Below, in pieces: positions 40,001 through 50,762 of a stretch of DNA of 64,000 nucleotides. Source of the DNA: Ignavibacteria bacterium RIFOXYC2_FULL_35_21 (GTDB lineage: Bacteria; Bacteroidota; Ignavibacteria; Kapaibacteriales; UBA2268); NCBI GenBank assembly GCA_001804705.1, contig MHAY01000005.1:11433-75432 (forward strand), read 5' to 3'. Position 1 is the stretch's first letter; each line of letters opens with the position of its first letter. A model generated the notes under the pieces. That model was not told the DNA's origin and ran no database searches. It saw only the letters and a program-made list of their open reading frames with translations. A program made the translations under genes and the position numbers.

Positions 40001-42181
40001 TTAAAGCATCCCGGCTCTTTTTCTGAGGAACCATTCAATAGCAAAACACAGGATTGAAATGATTAAAAGTAGTGGATAATTCCAGAGAGCCGATTCATTG
40101 CGGATTGTTACACTTTTAGGTGCAAAATTTCTAAGTTTTTCCAAATCATTTAGGAATGATGTTGCATCGTTAGTGAGATAGAATTTTCCTCCCGTTCTTT
40201 CGGAGATTGTTCGTAGTAAAGAGGAATTCATTCTCAAATCCTGAAATTCAAGTGCGATTTGACCGACATTGAATCTGCCTTTGTCAGAGCCAATCCTGCG
40301 GCTATTAATTTCGGCGTTTCCTGTGAAGAAGTAATCGCTTTCCGGAAGTCCTTCAAGTTTGCCCGTGTATCTTCCGTTGCCAATCGAAGTCAGTGTCAAA
40401 TCCCGTTCCTGATTTCCACCAGCAACTTTAACTTGTACATTTGCATTTTCAATAGGTGTATAGGCGGCATCATAGATTTGTCCTATGAACTCGACTGTTT
40501 CATTGTTAGTATAAAGTTTTTTTGTTGTTCTGATTATTACCTGTTTGTTATCCTGCGGGGTTGATAGCCATTTCCTACTGTTCGCCATGATTATATCGAA
40601 CAAATCAGGTGTCTCTGTTCTTCCTTTCGAAACTTCTGAAGCATAGCCAAGCAGTTTCCATCTGAATAATCCGTAGCATAAAAATGCAATTGTTTTTTTA
40701 TTTCCGAAGGAACGGGTAAGTATGAGCGGTTCTTTTAAGGGTGCATTATTTACCTTCAATCCTGAAACGATTTCACTTTCAGGTTTGACTTTCACAAAAG
40801 TTTCAGTCCGAAAAACCGGAGGGAGCTGATTCCACAGGTCAATATCGCTGTCCTTGCCTGTTACTCTGAGCAGGGGATTAGAGGCATACTCAGGTTTTAC
40901 ATCAGGTACTGCAAGAAATTCCTGCGGCTTGGATGAAATTGTTGTGAATGGGAGATAATCCTCAATCGCTTTCAGTTTATTATAATCCAAATATTGCGAA
41001 GCTACGAATAAAAGAGGTTTACCTCTTTCAAGTTCTTTCTTGATTATTTGCATAACATTCGGAGGTGTCTCTGTGATAGGAAATCCGATTAGGACGAGCA
41101 TCTCAGCGTCCTTAAGGTCAGCTTCAGATGGCTGTCTGTCATAAAATTCAGAGCCTTTCTTTTGAATAAATGAAACAATCTCAACACCCTTTTCGGAAAG
41201 GAATGAATTTTTTACAAAGGAAAAATCAGGATTAATCGAACCTGCAAAAATTGCGATTTTTCTTTTATTCTTCAATACATTTACAAACTCATTAGCTGAA
41301 TTGTTTTTTGTGGTTATCTCATTTTTTAGAGAGCTAATACTGGCAGTGAGTTTTCTGATTCCCTCTTGCTTCGGCGAATATTCGAAGACTGCAGTGAAAG
41401 ATTTTCTATCAGGATTTACAGAAAATTTTTGTTCAGCAATTTGAACACCATTATCGAGAAGTTTAAGTGTTAGCACACCTTCATTATAGCCGCTGACTTT
41501 TACGTTGATATTTACCGGCACAGGATTATTGATATAAATATTCTCATTTGTGATGATTGACTGAAGAGAGACATCACGCGGTTCGGATGAGTCACCAATG
41601 CCAATTGTGAAAACCGGCTTACCGAAAAACTCTGCATCGTAAATCGGATTATTTCCTGTATTGAAAGCACCGTCAGTTATTAATAGGACTGCCTGGATAT
41701 TTTCTTTTTCTGCAATTGATGAGACCCATTTCAATGCCTTTGCAATATCTGTCATCTGTCCATTGAAATTAATTTCCTTAAATGTAAATTCTTCTGGTGA
41801 GTATATATCACTGCTGAACAGGGTAGTTTTCAATTTGTCTTTATCAAATGAAAGAAAATTTGAATTTTCAATTGCTTTACGAAAAATAATTTTCCTGTCC
41901 CCAAGAGCATCCGATTGACTAACAGATAGTGAATTATCGAGGAGTACAGCCAGTTTCGGTGGTTCCTGAGTACCCCTGATAATTGTTAGTATTGGTTCAA
42001 ATAAAATGAATAATAAAAGTGAAAGACCTACAGACCTTAATGCAATTAATACAATTTTTCTTGCAGAACTGATTGGAGGAACTGTCGTACGATAAGAAAA
42101 AATCGAAAATGTAACAGCAATTAAAATTAATAAAACTGTAAGCCACCAGGGACCGGTAATTCCAAGATAATATGAGTTCAT
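40001..42181 (-). CDS. vWA-domain membrane-anchored protein
   Basis: LLDNSLS MIDAS-like motif, LLITDG, VFTIGIG; N- and C-terminal TMs (EWFLRKR). Confidence 0.8.
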   Translation of the reverse strand: MNSYYLGITGPWWLTVLLILIAVTFSIFSYRTTVPPISSARKIVLIALRSVGLSLLLFILFEPILTIIRGTQEPPKLAVLLDNSLSVSQSDALGDRKIIFRKAIENSNFLSFDKDKLKTTLFSSDIYSPEEFTFKEINFNGQMTDIAKALKWVSSIAEKENIQAVLLITDGAFNTGNNPIYDAEFFGKPVFTIGIGDSSEPRDVSLQSIITNENIYINNPVPVNINVKVSGYNEGVLTLKLLDNGVQIAEQKFSVNPDRKSFTAVFEYSPKQEGIRKLTASISSLKNEITTKNNSANEFVNVLKNKRKIAIFAGSINPDFSFVKNSFLSEKGVEIVSFIQKKGSEFYDRQPSEADLKDAEMLVLIGFPITETPPNVMQIIKKELERGKPLLFVASQYLDYNKLKAIEDYLPFTTISSKPQEFLAVPDVKPEYASNPLLRVTGKDSDIDLWNQLPPVFRTETFVKVKPESEIVSGLKVNNAPLKEPLILTRSFGNKKTIAFLCYGLFRWKLLGYASEVSKGRTETPDLFDIIMANSRKWLSTPQDNKQVIIRTTKKLYTNNETVEFIGQIYDAAYTPIENANVQVKVAGGNQERDLTLTSIGNGRYTGKLEGLPESDYFFTGNAEINSRRIGSDKGRFNVGQIALEFQDLRMNSSLLRTISERTGGKFYLTNDATSFLNDLEKLRNFAPKSVTIRNESALWNYPLLLIISILCFAIEWFLRKRAGML

Positions 42182-42189
42182 ATTTTGTT

Positions 42190-42900
42190 TTAATTCATTG
42201 GTATTTCAATTATGAGCAATTCTGTTTTTTCGACAGCCTTAAATTTTAATTCGGTTATATCATAAATCGAGATTGAATCACGCTTATCAAGAATTTCACC
42301 GGCAGTTTCAATTTTGCCTTTTGTGAGCATAACAAAAATACCGTTATCTGTATTCTTTAAATTATATTCTATTTCTAAGTTGCCTTCTAAGTCTGCTAAA
42401 CTGATGTATGCATCCTGATTAATCCATAATGTATGTTCCGATTTTTCTGGAGATACAAGTAATTGAAATTTATTTTTTCTCTGTGAAGTATCGAACAATT
42501 TTTGGTCATATATTGGCTTAATATCTTTTTCCTTCGGGAAAATCCAAATCTGGAAAAGAGAAACAGGTTCTATTTCGGAATTGTTGAACTCAGAATGCCA
42601 AATGCCGGAACCGGCTGACATAATCTGTACCTCACCCGGTTTTATTGTTTGAGTATGTTCTTCACTATCGGTATGTCGCAATTCGCCGGATAGTGGAATC
42701 GTAATGATTTCCATATTATCATGGGGATGTAAACCGAAACCTGTACCCGGTGCAACGGTATCATCATTCAGGACTCTTAATTTTCCGAAATGAATTCTTT
42801 TATCATCGTAATACCCGGAAAAGCTGAAAGTATGGTATGTTTTGAGCCACCCATAATCAAAATATCCCCTTGTATTACTTCTATATATTTCTTTTTTCAT
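42190..42900 (-). CDS. Pirin-family protein (YhhW-like)
   Basis: FGKLRVLNDD, GFGLHPHDNMEI, MSAGSGIWHSE, QIWI. Confidence 0.93.
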   Translation of the reverse strand: MKKEIYRSNTRGYFDYGWLKTYHTFSFSGYYDDKRIHFGKLRVLNDDTVAPGTGFGLHPHDNMEIITIPLSGELRHTDSEEHTQTIKPGEVQIMSAGSGIWHSEFNNSEIEPVSLFQIWIFPKEKDIKPIYDQKLFDTSQRKNKFQLLVSPEKSEHTLWINQDAYISLADLEGNLEIEYNLKNTDNGIFVMLTKGKIETAGEILDKRDSISIYDITELKFKAVEKTELLIIEIPMN

Positions 42901-43038
42901 AGTTTTCTTTGTGAAGCGTTAATAAATCTGAACGAATAACGATTAAGCGGATTAAAGATTTTTATTTAGATAATTGGCAATAAGAAGCGGAATGAGTTTT
43001 CACAAGTGAAAAAAAATGATTAAATTGCATATTCATTT

Positions 43039-43112
43039 CGGGGTGTAGCTCAGCCCGGTAGAGTACTACGTTCGGGACGTAGGAGCCGGAGGTTCGAATC
43101 CTCTCACCCCGA
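43039..43112 (+). tRNA. tRNA-Pro (anticodon CGG)
   Basis: CGGGGTG/CACCCCG acceptor stem, anticodon arm CTACG-TTCGGGA-CGTAG, GGTTCGAATCC T-arm; CCA not encoded. Confidence 0.96.
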
Positions 43113-43482
43113 CAAATAGAAAATTTTATATTGATGTATTTTCTTATTTTATAAATAGCTACAAGATTTAAAATTAATATCGCTTAGCAGAATATTTAAC
43201 ATTTTTAACTTTTAATTTAAATTGTAATAAGCAAACTATAATACATAAGCTTTCAAATATATTTTAGAAATTATATAATTATACAAGATATTGATTGCTT
43301 ACATTGTTAATCCTTCCCCTTGATTTTATTCATTTTTTTATTTAATTTAAATATATTGCTTAATGATTTAATATTTAATACTCATTTATTGAAGATAAAT
43401 ATTATTAGTTGTAGAATTTAAATAAGAAAAAATGATAATATTTAAATAATCAGATTATAAAATAAATTACTTCTTCTTTAAA

Positions 43483-43941
43483 ATGGGAAATACAACCAAT
43501 CTTATTGTATTCCGTATAGACGAATTGCGTTTTGCTGTATCTCTGGAAAAAGTATTAAAGGTAATTGCTGTTGTTGAGATTACACCATTACCCGAGGCAC
43601 CGATTTTTATCAGGGGTATAATAAATATGGAAGGCAGAATAATACCTGTAGCCGACCTCAGAATGCGAGTCGGAATTGCCGAAAAAACCATTCGACTAAC
43701 CGACCAGATTATTGTGGCATCCACTCCAAACAGGTTTATCGGTTTACTTGTTGATTCGACAGAGGGCATCAAAAGTTTTTTAGAGTCTGAGATAATCCCT
43801 TATGGCGAAGTTATGCCTTCTCTAAAGCATATAAATGGAATTGCCAAAATAACAGGTGATATTATATATATAACAAATTTGGATGAGTTTTTATCTCTCG
43901 AAGAAGAAATCATTTTGGATAATGCTTTAAAAAGTGTGTAA
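43483..43941 (+). CDS. cheW: CheW adaptor (WspB-like)
   Basis: ITPLPEAP.FIRGIIN.EGRIIPV.DLR, GLLVD. Confidence 0.9.
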   Translation: MGNTTNLIVFRIDELRFAVSLEKVLKVIAVVEITPLPEAPIFIRGIINMEGRIIPVADLRMRVGIAEKTIRLTDQIIVASTPNRFIGLLVDSTEGIKSFLESEIIPYGEVMPSLKHINGIAKITGDIIYITNLDEFLSLEEEIILDNALKSV

Positions 43942-44136
43942 ACAAATAAATCCAAATTATCCAATAAATATGAAATTTTTTTTTGTATATGATGAACAGG
44001 ATTGTTATTCTCAGGAGTGAAACGAAGAAGAATCTAAAAAATCCCATTTAATCCCTCTTTGAGAAAAGAGGGAAAGATTTTTACTTCGTTCGGAATGACG
44101 AAAAAAATAATTTACTTTAATTATTATCCATTTGGT

Positions 44137-45678
44137 ATGAAACATATTCAGGAAAATAGTGCATATCAGCTTAGCGGGTTAATTTCCGCTAAATTTGGAT
44201 TGAATTTTCCGAAGGAACGGTTCAGAGACCTTGAGAATGGGTTGAACAAGGCAAAGAAAGATTTTGGTTTTGATGACCTCGTTCAATTCGTTGACTGGCT
44301 TCTTGGAATCGAATTAACATCCGCTCAAATTGAACAACTCGCATCTCATTTCACAATTGGCGAAACTTATTTTTTCAGAGATATAAAATATTTCAATGCA
44401 ATTGAAAAAATATTAAAGGAGGAATTAATACCCCAAAAATCAAACCTGGATAAAAGGCTCAGAATCTGGTCTGCCGGCTGTTCAACGGGTGAAGAACCTT
44501 ATTCGATTGCAATTATGGCAAATCGAATACTTGCTGACTTAAAAGACTGGAACATTACAATCGTCGGAACAGACATAAACACCAAATCTCTAAAGAAGGC
44601 TCAAGGTGGCATATATAAAGAGTGGTCATTTCGTAACCCGCCTGACTGGCTGAAAGCCGATTATTTTACGGAGTCTTCAAAAGGCAGTTATCAAATCAAT
44701 CAGAGCATTAAAGATATGTTAACTTTCCAATACCACAATCTTGCCATTGACCCATACCCTTCCTTAATTAATAATCTTTTTGCATTTGATATTATTTTCT
44801 GCAGAAATGTTATGATGTATTTCACGCAGGATTTAATGTCAATTGTAATCGAAAAATTTTATCATTCACTAAATGATTCAGGATTGCTCATAGTCAGTCC
44901 TAGCGAAGCCTCCCATATTCTATTCGGAGCTTATGAAACTCTGTATTATCCGGATGTTATCTTGTATAAAAAAATTAGAACTGATTATATTCCTGAGAAA
45001 TTGCATCAAATAGACAAAGAAAATTATTTTCATTTAGATAAAGAAATTGCCGATTATGATTTATTCCCGGTACAAAAAAAGTCAAAGAAAGTAAATAATG
45101 CCCCTAAGAAAATTCCCCAAGAGATTGAAAAGAAGGTTTATAAAAGAATTGATATTTCATTTTCGCAAACAGCAGAACCGATGGAGAATGCAATGAATCT
45201 ATTTAAAAGTGGGCATTATGACGAAGCAGAAAAATTATTAAAATCAATTCTTTCATCGGATAAAAAAAATACCGGAGCAATGTCTTTGCTTTCTAATATT
45301 TACGGTAACAGGGGTTTAACCGAAGAAGCCAACACCTGGTCGCAAAAAGCAATTGATGCAGATAAACTGAATCCTGAACCTTATTATTTACAGGCAATGC
45401 TCCTTCAGGAAACCGGAAAAACGGAAGAAGCTGCCGCCCGGCTCAAAAAGGTTCTGTATCTCGATTCAAAGTCTGTTCTTGCACATTTCGGGCTTGGGAA
45501 TTTACTTTTTAAACAAGGGAAAATTTCAGAATCAAACAGGCATTTTAAAAATGTTAGTAAATTACTTTGTGATTACGATGATAATGAAATAATTGGTGAA
45601 TCTGACGGCATTACAGCCGGAAGATTTAAAGAAATAATAAATAAAATAATTGAAAAGAATTATGAACGGGTTCATTAA
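44137..45678 (+). CDS. cheR: CheR methyltransferase with C-terminal TPRs (WspC-like)
   Basis: TIGETYFFRD, RIWSAGCSTGEEPYSIA, DIIFCRNVMMYF; TPR tail. ATG at 44137 preferred because the upstream extension is REP sequence. Confidence 0.92.
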   Translation: MKHIQENSAYQLSGLISAKFGLNFPKERFRDLENGLNKAKKDFGFDDLVQFVDWLLGIELTSAQIEQLASHFTIGETYFFRDIKYFNAIEKILKEELIPQKSNLDKRLRIWSAGCSTGEEPYSIAIMANRILADLKDWNITIVGTDINTKSLKKAQGGIYKEWSFRNPPDWLKADYFTESSKGSYQINQSIKDMLTFQYHNLAIDPYPSLINNLFAFDIIFCRNVMMYFTQDLMSIVIEKFYHSLNDSGLLIVSPSEASHILFGAYETLYYPDVILYKKIRTDYIPEKLHQIDKENYFHLDKEIADYDLFPVQKKSKKVNNAPKKIPQEIEKKVYKRIDISFSQTAEPMENAMNLFKSGHYDEAEKLLKSILSSDKKNTGAMSLLSNIYGNRGLTEEANTWSQKAIDADKLNPEPYYLQAMLLQETGKTEEAAARLKKVLYLDSKSVLAHFGLGNLLFKQGKISESNRHFKNVSKLLCDYDDNEIIGESDGITAGRFKEIINKIIEKNYERVH

Positions 45679-46283
45679 TGACTAAATCATCTTCAAAAAG
45701 TTTTGACTGGGATAAAGTAAAAGATGTTGTACTAAGGGCAGAAAATCTCAGTAAAGGGTTTGCTGACAGTACAACCGTTAAAAGTGTATTGAAACAAAGG
45801 GCGGCTTTACTCGCTAAAGAGCCAAGAGTAGTAATGGACATTGAACAGCTTGACATTATCGAGTTTCAATTATCGAATGAGGTCTATGCTTTTGAACTCT
45901 GCTACGTAAAAGAGGTTTATCCATTAAAGGAATTTACACCTGTGCCTTGTACGCCTGCATTAATTGTCGGTATCGTAAATGTCCGGGGCAGAGTCGTGTC
46001 TGTCGTTGATATCAGAAGATTTTTCTCGTTACCTGACAAAGGAATCAGCGATTTTAATAAAATAATAATAATTGAAAATTCCGATATGCAATTCGGTGTG
46101 CTTGCCGATTCGATTGTTGATGTCTGTCCGGTAAGAGTTGATGAATTGCAAACCGAACTGCCGCAAGCCAAAGGAATAAGCAGTGATTTTCTGAAAGGGG
46201 TTACAAAGGATGGGGTTATTATTTTAAATACAGAGAAAATTCTTACGGATAAAAGATTTGTTATCAAGGAAGAGGTTATGTGA
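45678..46283 (+). CDS. cheW: Second CheW adaptor (WspD-like)
   Basis: TPVPCTP...GIVNVRGRVVSVVDI. Confidence 0.9.
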   Translation: MTKSSSKSFDWDKVKDVVLRAENLSKGFADSTTVKSVLKQRAALLAKEPRVVMDIEQLDIIEFQLSNEVYAFELCYVKEVYPLKEFTPVPCTPALIVGIVNVRGRVVSVVDIRRFFSLPDKGISDFNKIIIIENSDMQFGVLADSIVDVCPVRVDELQTELPQAKGISSDFLKGVTKDGVIILNTEKILTDKRFVIKEEVM

Positions 46284-46425
46284 GTGAATAATGAATAATG
46301 AATAATGAATAATTGAGGAAAATGATTGATAGGATATTCTTCGCTAAGCACAGAATGACAAAAAGGAATAATGAGAAAAGATAATTAAATAAATTAAAAT
46401 TGTAAAACTTTTATATGGAGTTGTT

Positions 46426-48063
46426 ATGAAATGGCTGATGAATATGGGTATCCGCAACAAGCTGCTTCTCGGCTTTGGTACAATGATTGTCTTATTGCTG
46501 ATAATAGTTGTAATAGCAAATTCTGTGATGGGTGAAATGAAGGAATCACAGGACAAGATATTGCATGAAGATTTCGAGGCTGCTGTTGCTTTAAAAGATG
46601 CAAGGGCAAATCAAAATGGAACGAGAACAGACATTTTATATATGATATTAGTAAAGGACAAACAGAAACAAGATTTATATTATGATGACCTTAAAAAACG
46701 TTCTAAACAGAATGATAATAATATTAAAATAATAAGAAATTATGCAGACAACCATCTGGAAATGAAATCAATGATTACAGATTATATTAATACACGTTTA
46801 TTATACAATGAATCAAGAGATAATGAAATTATACCTTTGATTCACTCTGGCAACTATGAGGGTGCATTAAAAATAGTTATGAGTACCCAATACGAACGAG
46901 ATAATAAACTTAGAGAAATCGCAGAAGAAGCAATGGTTATTTTAGAAAATATAACAAAGAAAAATGTTGATAAATCCGACAACGATGCTGCAAATGCTAA
47001 ATTATTATTTATCATTCTTGCAATCATTTCTGTTATACTCGGGTTTGGTATTACTTTCATTTATAATAATATACTTGCAAAACCCTTGCGTGTTGTTTCG
47101 GGTGTATCCGAATCGGTAGCGGGCGGCGATTTAACAGTCAGGATTGAATCGGCTGAACGCAGGGACGAAGTAGGATTATTAAATAAATCCTTCGCAAAGA
47201 TGGTTGATTCACTGAGTGTCATTACAAAAGAAACAAACGAAGGAATAAATGTGTTGTCAACATCGGCAAGCGAGATTGCTGCCGCTTCTGCACAAGTTGC
47301 ACGAAGTGCCACAGAAACAGCAACGGCGATTTCCGAAACAAGCACTACAGTAGAAGAAGTCAAGCAAACTTCCGATTTAGTCAGCCAAAAGGCAAAATAT
47401 GTAAATGACCTTGCTGTTAAGACGTTGCAAATATCAGAAGGAGGAGCAAGGTCTGTTGAAGAAAATATAGAAGCAATGAACCTAATCAGGGAACAAATGG
47501 AAAGCGTTGCCGAAAAGATTATTCTGTTGAGCGAAAAAGGACAGGCAATCGGAGAAATAGCGGCTTCTGTTAATGATATCGCCGAGCAGGTCAATTTGTT
47601 GGCTGTGAATGCGGCTATCGAGGCGGCAAGAGCAGGCGAACAAGGCAAAGGTTTCAGCGTGGTTGCACAGGAAGTAAAAGAGCTTGCCGACCAGGCGAAA
47701 AAAGCAACTTCCCAGGTGAGGCTGATTCTTGGAGAAGTTCAGAAAGCAACAAGCTCGGCGGTAATGGCTACCGAACAAGGCAACAGGGCGGTTGAAAACG
47801 GGGTAAAGCAGGCTCTCGAAGCCGGGGAATCAATAAAAATGCTTGCCGAAAATATTTCCGAAGCACGACAGGCCGCAACCCAGGTTTCGGCTTCTACACA
47901 ACAGCAATTGGTTGGCATGGAGCAAATTGTCGTTGCCATCGAGAGCATTAAGCAGGCAAGCTCCGAAAATGTTGCCAGTACCAGGCAGGTTGAGATTTCG
48001 GCTGAAAACCTTAAAATGCTCGGAAGCAAATTAAAGGAGTTTGCAGATAGGTACAAGGTCTGA
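46426..48063 (+). CDS. Methyl-accepting chemotaxis protein (4-helix sensor, HAMP)
   Basis: Two TMs, HAMP (GDLTV...DEVG.L), IAEQVNLLAVNAAIEAARAGEQGKGFSVVA. Confidence 0.95.
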   Translation: MKWLMNMGIRNKLLLGFGTMIVLLLIIVVIANSVMGEMKESQDKILHEDFEAAVALKDARANQNGTRTDILYMILVKDKQKQDLYYDDLKKRSKQNDNNIKIIRNYADNHLEMKSMITDYINTRLLYNESRDNEIIPLIHSGNYEGALKIVMSTQYERDNKLREIAEEAMVILENITKKNVDKSDNDAANAKLLFIILAIISVILGFGITFIYNNILAKPLRVVSGVSESVAGGDLTVRIESAERRDEVGLLNKSFAKMVDSLSVITKETNEGINVLSTSASEIAAASAQVARSATETATAISETSTTVEEVKQTSDLVSQKAKYVNDLAVKTLQISEGGARSVEENIEAMNLIREQMESVAEKIILLSEKGQAIGEIAASVNDIAEQVNLLAVNAAIEAARAGEQGKGFSVVAQEVKELADQAKKATSQVRLILGEVQKATSSAVMATEQGNRAVENGVKQALEAGESIKMLAENISEARQAATQVSASTQQQLVGMEQIVVAIESIKQASSENVASTRQVEISAENLKMLGSKLKEFADRYKV

Positions 48064-48298
48064 GAATTATTAATTTTAAATTTTGAATTTTGAATTTAAA
48101 TGTAGAATGCAAAATGTAAAATGAAGGGGTAGATTCCGGATCTGCCCCGGTGAAAACGGAAATGGAAAAATAAAATGTAGGGGCAAGCCTGTGTGTCTGC
48201 CCAATTAAAAATAAAATGCAAAATGTAGAATGATAATGTAGGGGCAGGTTCTAAACCTAACCGAAAAAATTATTATTATAAAATGATTTTCAAAAATA

Positions 48299-50620
48299 AT
48301 GAATGCAAAGGAAAAAGAATTTCAGAAAAAACTTCTGACGACATTCCGAATCGAGGCAGAAGAACATTTGAAAGCCTTATCAAGTGGATTACTTCTCCTC
48401 GAAAAAGCCGATTCTGATACCATGAGCAGTGTAATAGAATCTGTATTTCGTGATGCACATAGCCTCAAAGGTGCCGCCAGAGCTGTTAATCTGAGAACAA
48501 TCGAAAAGATATGCCAGTCTCTCGAAAGCGTTTTTTCTGCTATGAAAAAAAACGAGCTTGCTCCTCTGCCTAATATGTTCGACATTTTTCACAAAGCTGT
48601 CAATCAAATCAGTGAGATTCTTTTAATTGCCGATACCGATATAAAAACTAATACGATGAAAAATATTGATGGAATAATCAATCAGGTAGATGGTATTATT
48701 AAGAAATCCTCCGATAATCTTTCAGTTATTGAACAAGTTAAACAGCACAGTCAAAATGTCGAGAAAGAAGCTCTGTCTCTAATTACACCTGTTAGTGATT
48801 TTCAAATTGAATCAGGTTACCTTAAAATTTCATCTCAAAAGCTCAATTCATTGATGTTGCAGGCTCAGGAATTGCAGTCGGTGAAATTGCAGAATAAAAG
48901 GAATATTAATGAACTGAAGGAAGTGAATTCACTCATAGATTTATGGACAAAGCAATCGCAGAATATTAAGTCATTGGTAAAAACACTTCAGTTTGGTTTG
49001 ATGCATAAGGAATTAAATTTAGATGAGAAAAACAGGAAAGAATACAATGATACTTTGACAAAAATCTCCGGTTTTTTCGAGTGGAGTACGGATTTTATTA
49101 AGAATATAGACAGAAAAATCAGGGTTATACAAAGCGAACAAATTCAGGATGATTTTATGTTCGGGGCAATGGCTGACAATTTGCTGGAAGATATGAAAAA
49201 TATTCAGCTTCTTAAATTCTCCTCTTTGCTTGAAATATTTCCGAAGATGCTCAGAGACCTTTCGCACAGTAAAGGAAAAGAAGCAGAGCTTGAGGTTGTT
49301 GGCTCAGAAATCGAAATTGACAGGAGAATACTCGAGGAAATCAAAGACCCTTTGATACATATTATTCGTAATTGCATTGACCACGGAATTGAAAAACCAT
49401 CCGAAAGAATACAAAAAGGGAAACCAATTAAAGGCTTAATCAAAATAAATATCTCGCAGACTGATGCCGATAAAATAAAAATTGATATATCCGATGATGG
49501 TGCAGGGATTGATTTTACAAACGTGAAAGCATCTGCAATAAAGCTTGGACTAAGTACTCAGGAAGAAATTGAAAAACTCAGCAACAATGAGGTTTTGCAA
49601 TTTGTGTTTGTGTCCGGTGTGTCAACAAGCCAGTTTATTACCGATTTGTCCGGGAGGGGGTTAGGACTTTCAATAGTAAAAGATAAAATTGAGAAGTTAA
49701 ACGGCGAAGTAAATATCGAAACAGTTGAAAATGAAGGAACGAGTTTCAGACTTATACTGCCCGTTACTACTGCAACAATCGGCGGGTTAATAGTTAAGGA
49801 ATGTGAACAGGATTTTGTTATCCCTTCGATTTATATCGAATTGGTATTGAGAATCAAAAGAAACGAAATAAAATCAATAGAAAATCAGAATGTTTTCAAA
49901 TATTCTGAGCAATTCATTCCGCTAGTAAAGTTGTCAGACGTGTTACAATTGTCCAGGAAAACGTTAGGGCAGAACAACGTTCTGTCTCTACCAGGCTTTG
50001 AGGAATCAATAAAAATCATTGTTCTGAACTCGCAGCAGAAAAAAGTAGGATTTCAGGTTGATGAAATTATCAATGAACAGGAAGTTATTGTGAAAGAGCT
50101 TGGCAGACAGTTATCGAGAGTTAGGAACATATACGGAGCAACGACAGTTGGAAGCAGGGAATTGGTTTTAATCCTAAATGTTCCTGATTTGATAAAATCA
50201 ACAATTGCCGCTCCTGAACTTTACAAAGCTCCGGCAGTTTTGGAAGAGGAGAGAAAACATAAAAGAGTATTGGTAGTCGAGGATTCGATAACGGCAAGGA
50301 CCCTTTTAAGGGGGATATTGGAATCTTCGGGATTTGACGTCAGGACTGCCGTTGACGGATTGGATGCCATAACTACATTAAAGGGTGAAAGTTTCGATTT
50401 GGTAATCTCAGATATAGATATGCCAAATATGAATGGCTTTATATTAACCGAAAAAATTCGGGCAGATAAGAAATTGTCTGATTTGCCGGTTATACTTGTT
50501 ACCTCCCTCGATTCACGCTCGGACCGTGAAAGAGGTATAGATGCCGGTGCAAATGCTTATATTGTGAAAAGCAGTTTTGACGAGAGCAATTTGATAGAGG
50601 TAATCAAGAGGTTGATTTAA
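48299..50620 (+). CDS. cheA: CheA-REC hybrid kinase (WspE-like)
   Basis: Hpt FRDAHSLKGAA, DPLIHIIRNCIDHGIE, SGRGLGL, CheW domain, C-terminal REC. Confidence 0.95.
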   Translation: MNAKEKEFQKKLLTTFRIEAEEHLKALSSGLLLLEKADSDTMSSVIESVFRDAHSLKGAARAVNLRTIEKICQSLESVFSAMKKNELAPLPNMFDIFHKAVNQISEILLIADTDIKTNTMKNIDGIINQVDGIIKKSSDNLSVIEQVKQHSQNVEKEALSLITPVSDFQIESGYLKISSQKLNSLMLQAQELQSVKLQNKRNINELKEVNSLIDLWTKQSQNIKSLVKTLQFGLMHKELNLDEKNRKEYNDTLTKISGFFEWSTDFIKNIDRKIRVIQSEQIQDDFMFGAMADNLLEDMKNIQLLKFSSLLEIFPKMLRDLSHSKGKEAELEVVGSEIEIDRRILEEIKDPLIHIIRNCIDHGIEKPSERIQKGKPIKGLIKINISQTDADKIKIDISDDGAGIDFTNVKASAIKLGLSTQEEIEKLSNNEVLQFVFVSGVSTSQFITDLSGRGLGLSIVKDKIEKLNGEVNIETVENEGTSFRLILPVTTATIGGLIVKECEQDFVIPSIYIELVLRIKRNEIKSIENQNVFKYSEQFIPLVKLSDVLQLSRKTLGQNNVLSLPGFEESIKIIVLNSQQKKVGFQVDEIINEQEVIVKELGRQLSRVRNIYGATTVGSRELVLILNVPDLIKSTIAAPELYKAPAVLEEERKHKRVLVVEDSITARTLLRGILESSGFDVRTAVDGLDAITTLKGESFDLVISDIDMPNMNGFILTEKIRADKKLSDLPVILVTSLDSRSDRERGIDAGANAYIVKSSFDESNLIEVIKRLI

Positions 50621-50762
50621 TTTATTTAATGTAGGGGGCAGATATATATGTCTGCCCAAATAAAATCAAATTAATAATTGAAAATTCATAATTGATAATG
50701 ATAATATTTAAAATGTAGTGACAGAACACTGTTCTGTTCTCTTTTGAACGAAAAGAGGGTTA

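Noticed and set aside
43113..43480. Very AT-rich spacer as replication origin or att site
   Set aside because: No DnaA-box cluster and no tRNA 3'-end duplicate seen in the window; more likely the che operon promoter region.
44059..44136. N-terminal extension of CheR from TTG at 44059
   Set aside because: The extension is translated palindromic repeat DNA; ATG at 44137 fits better.
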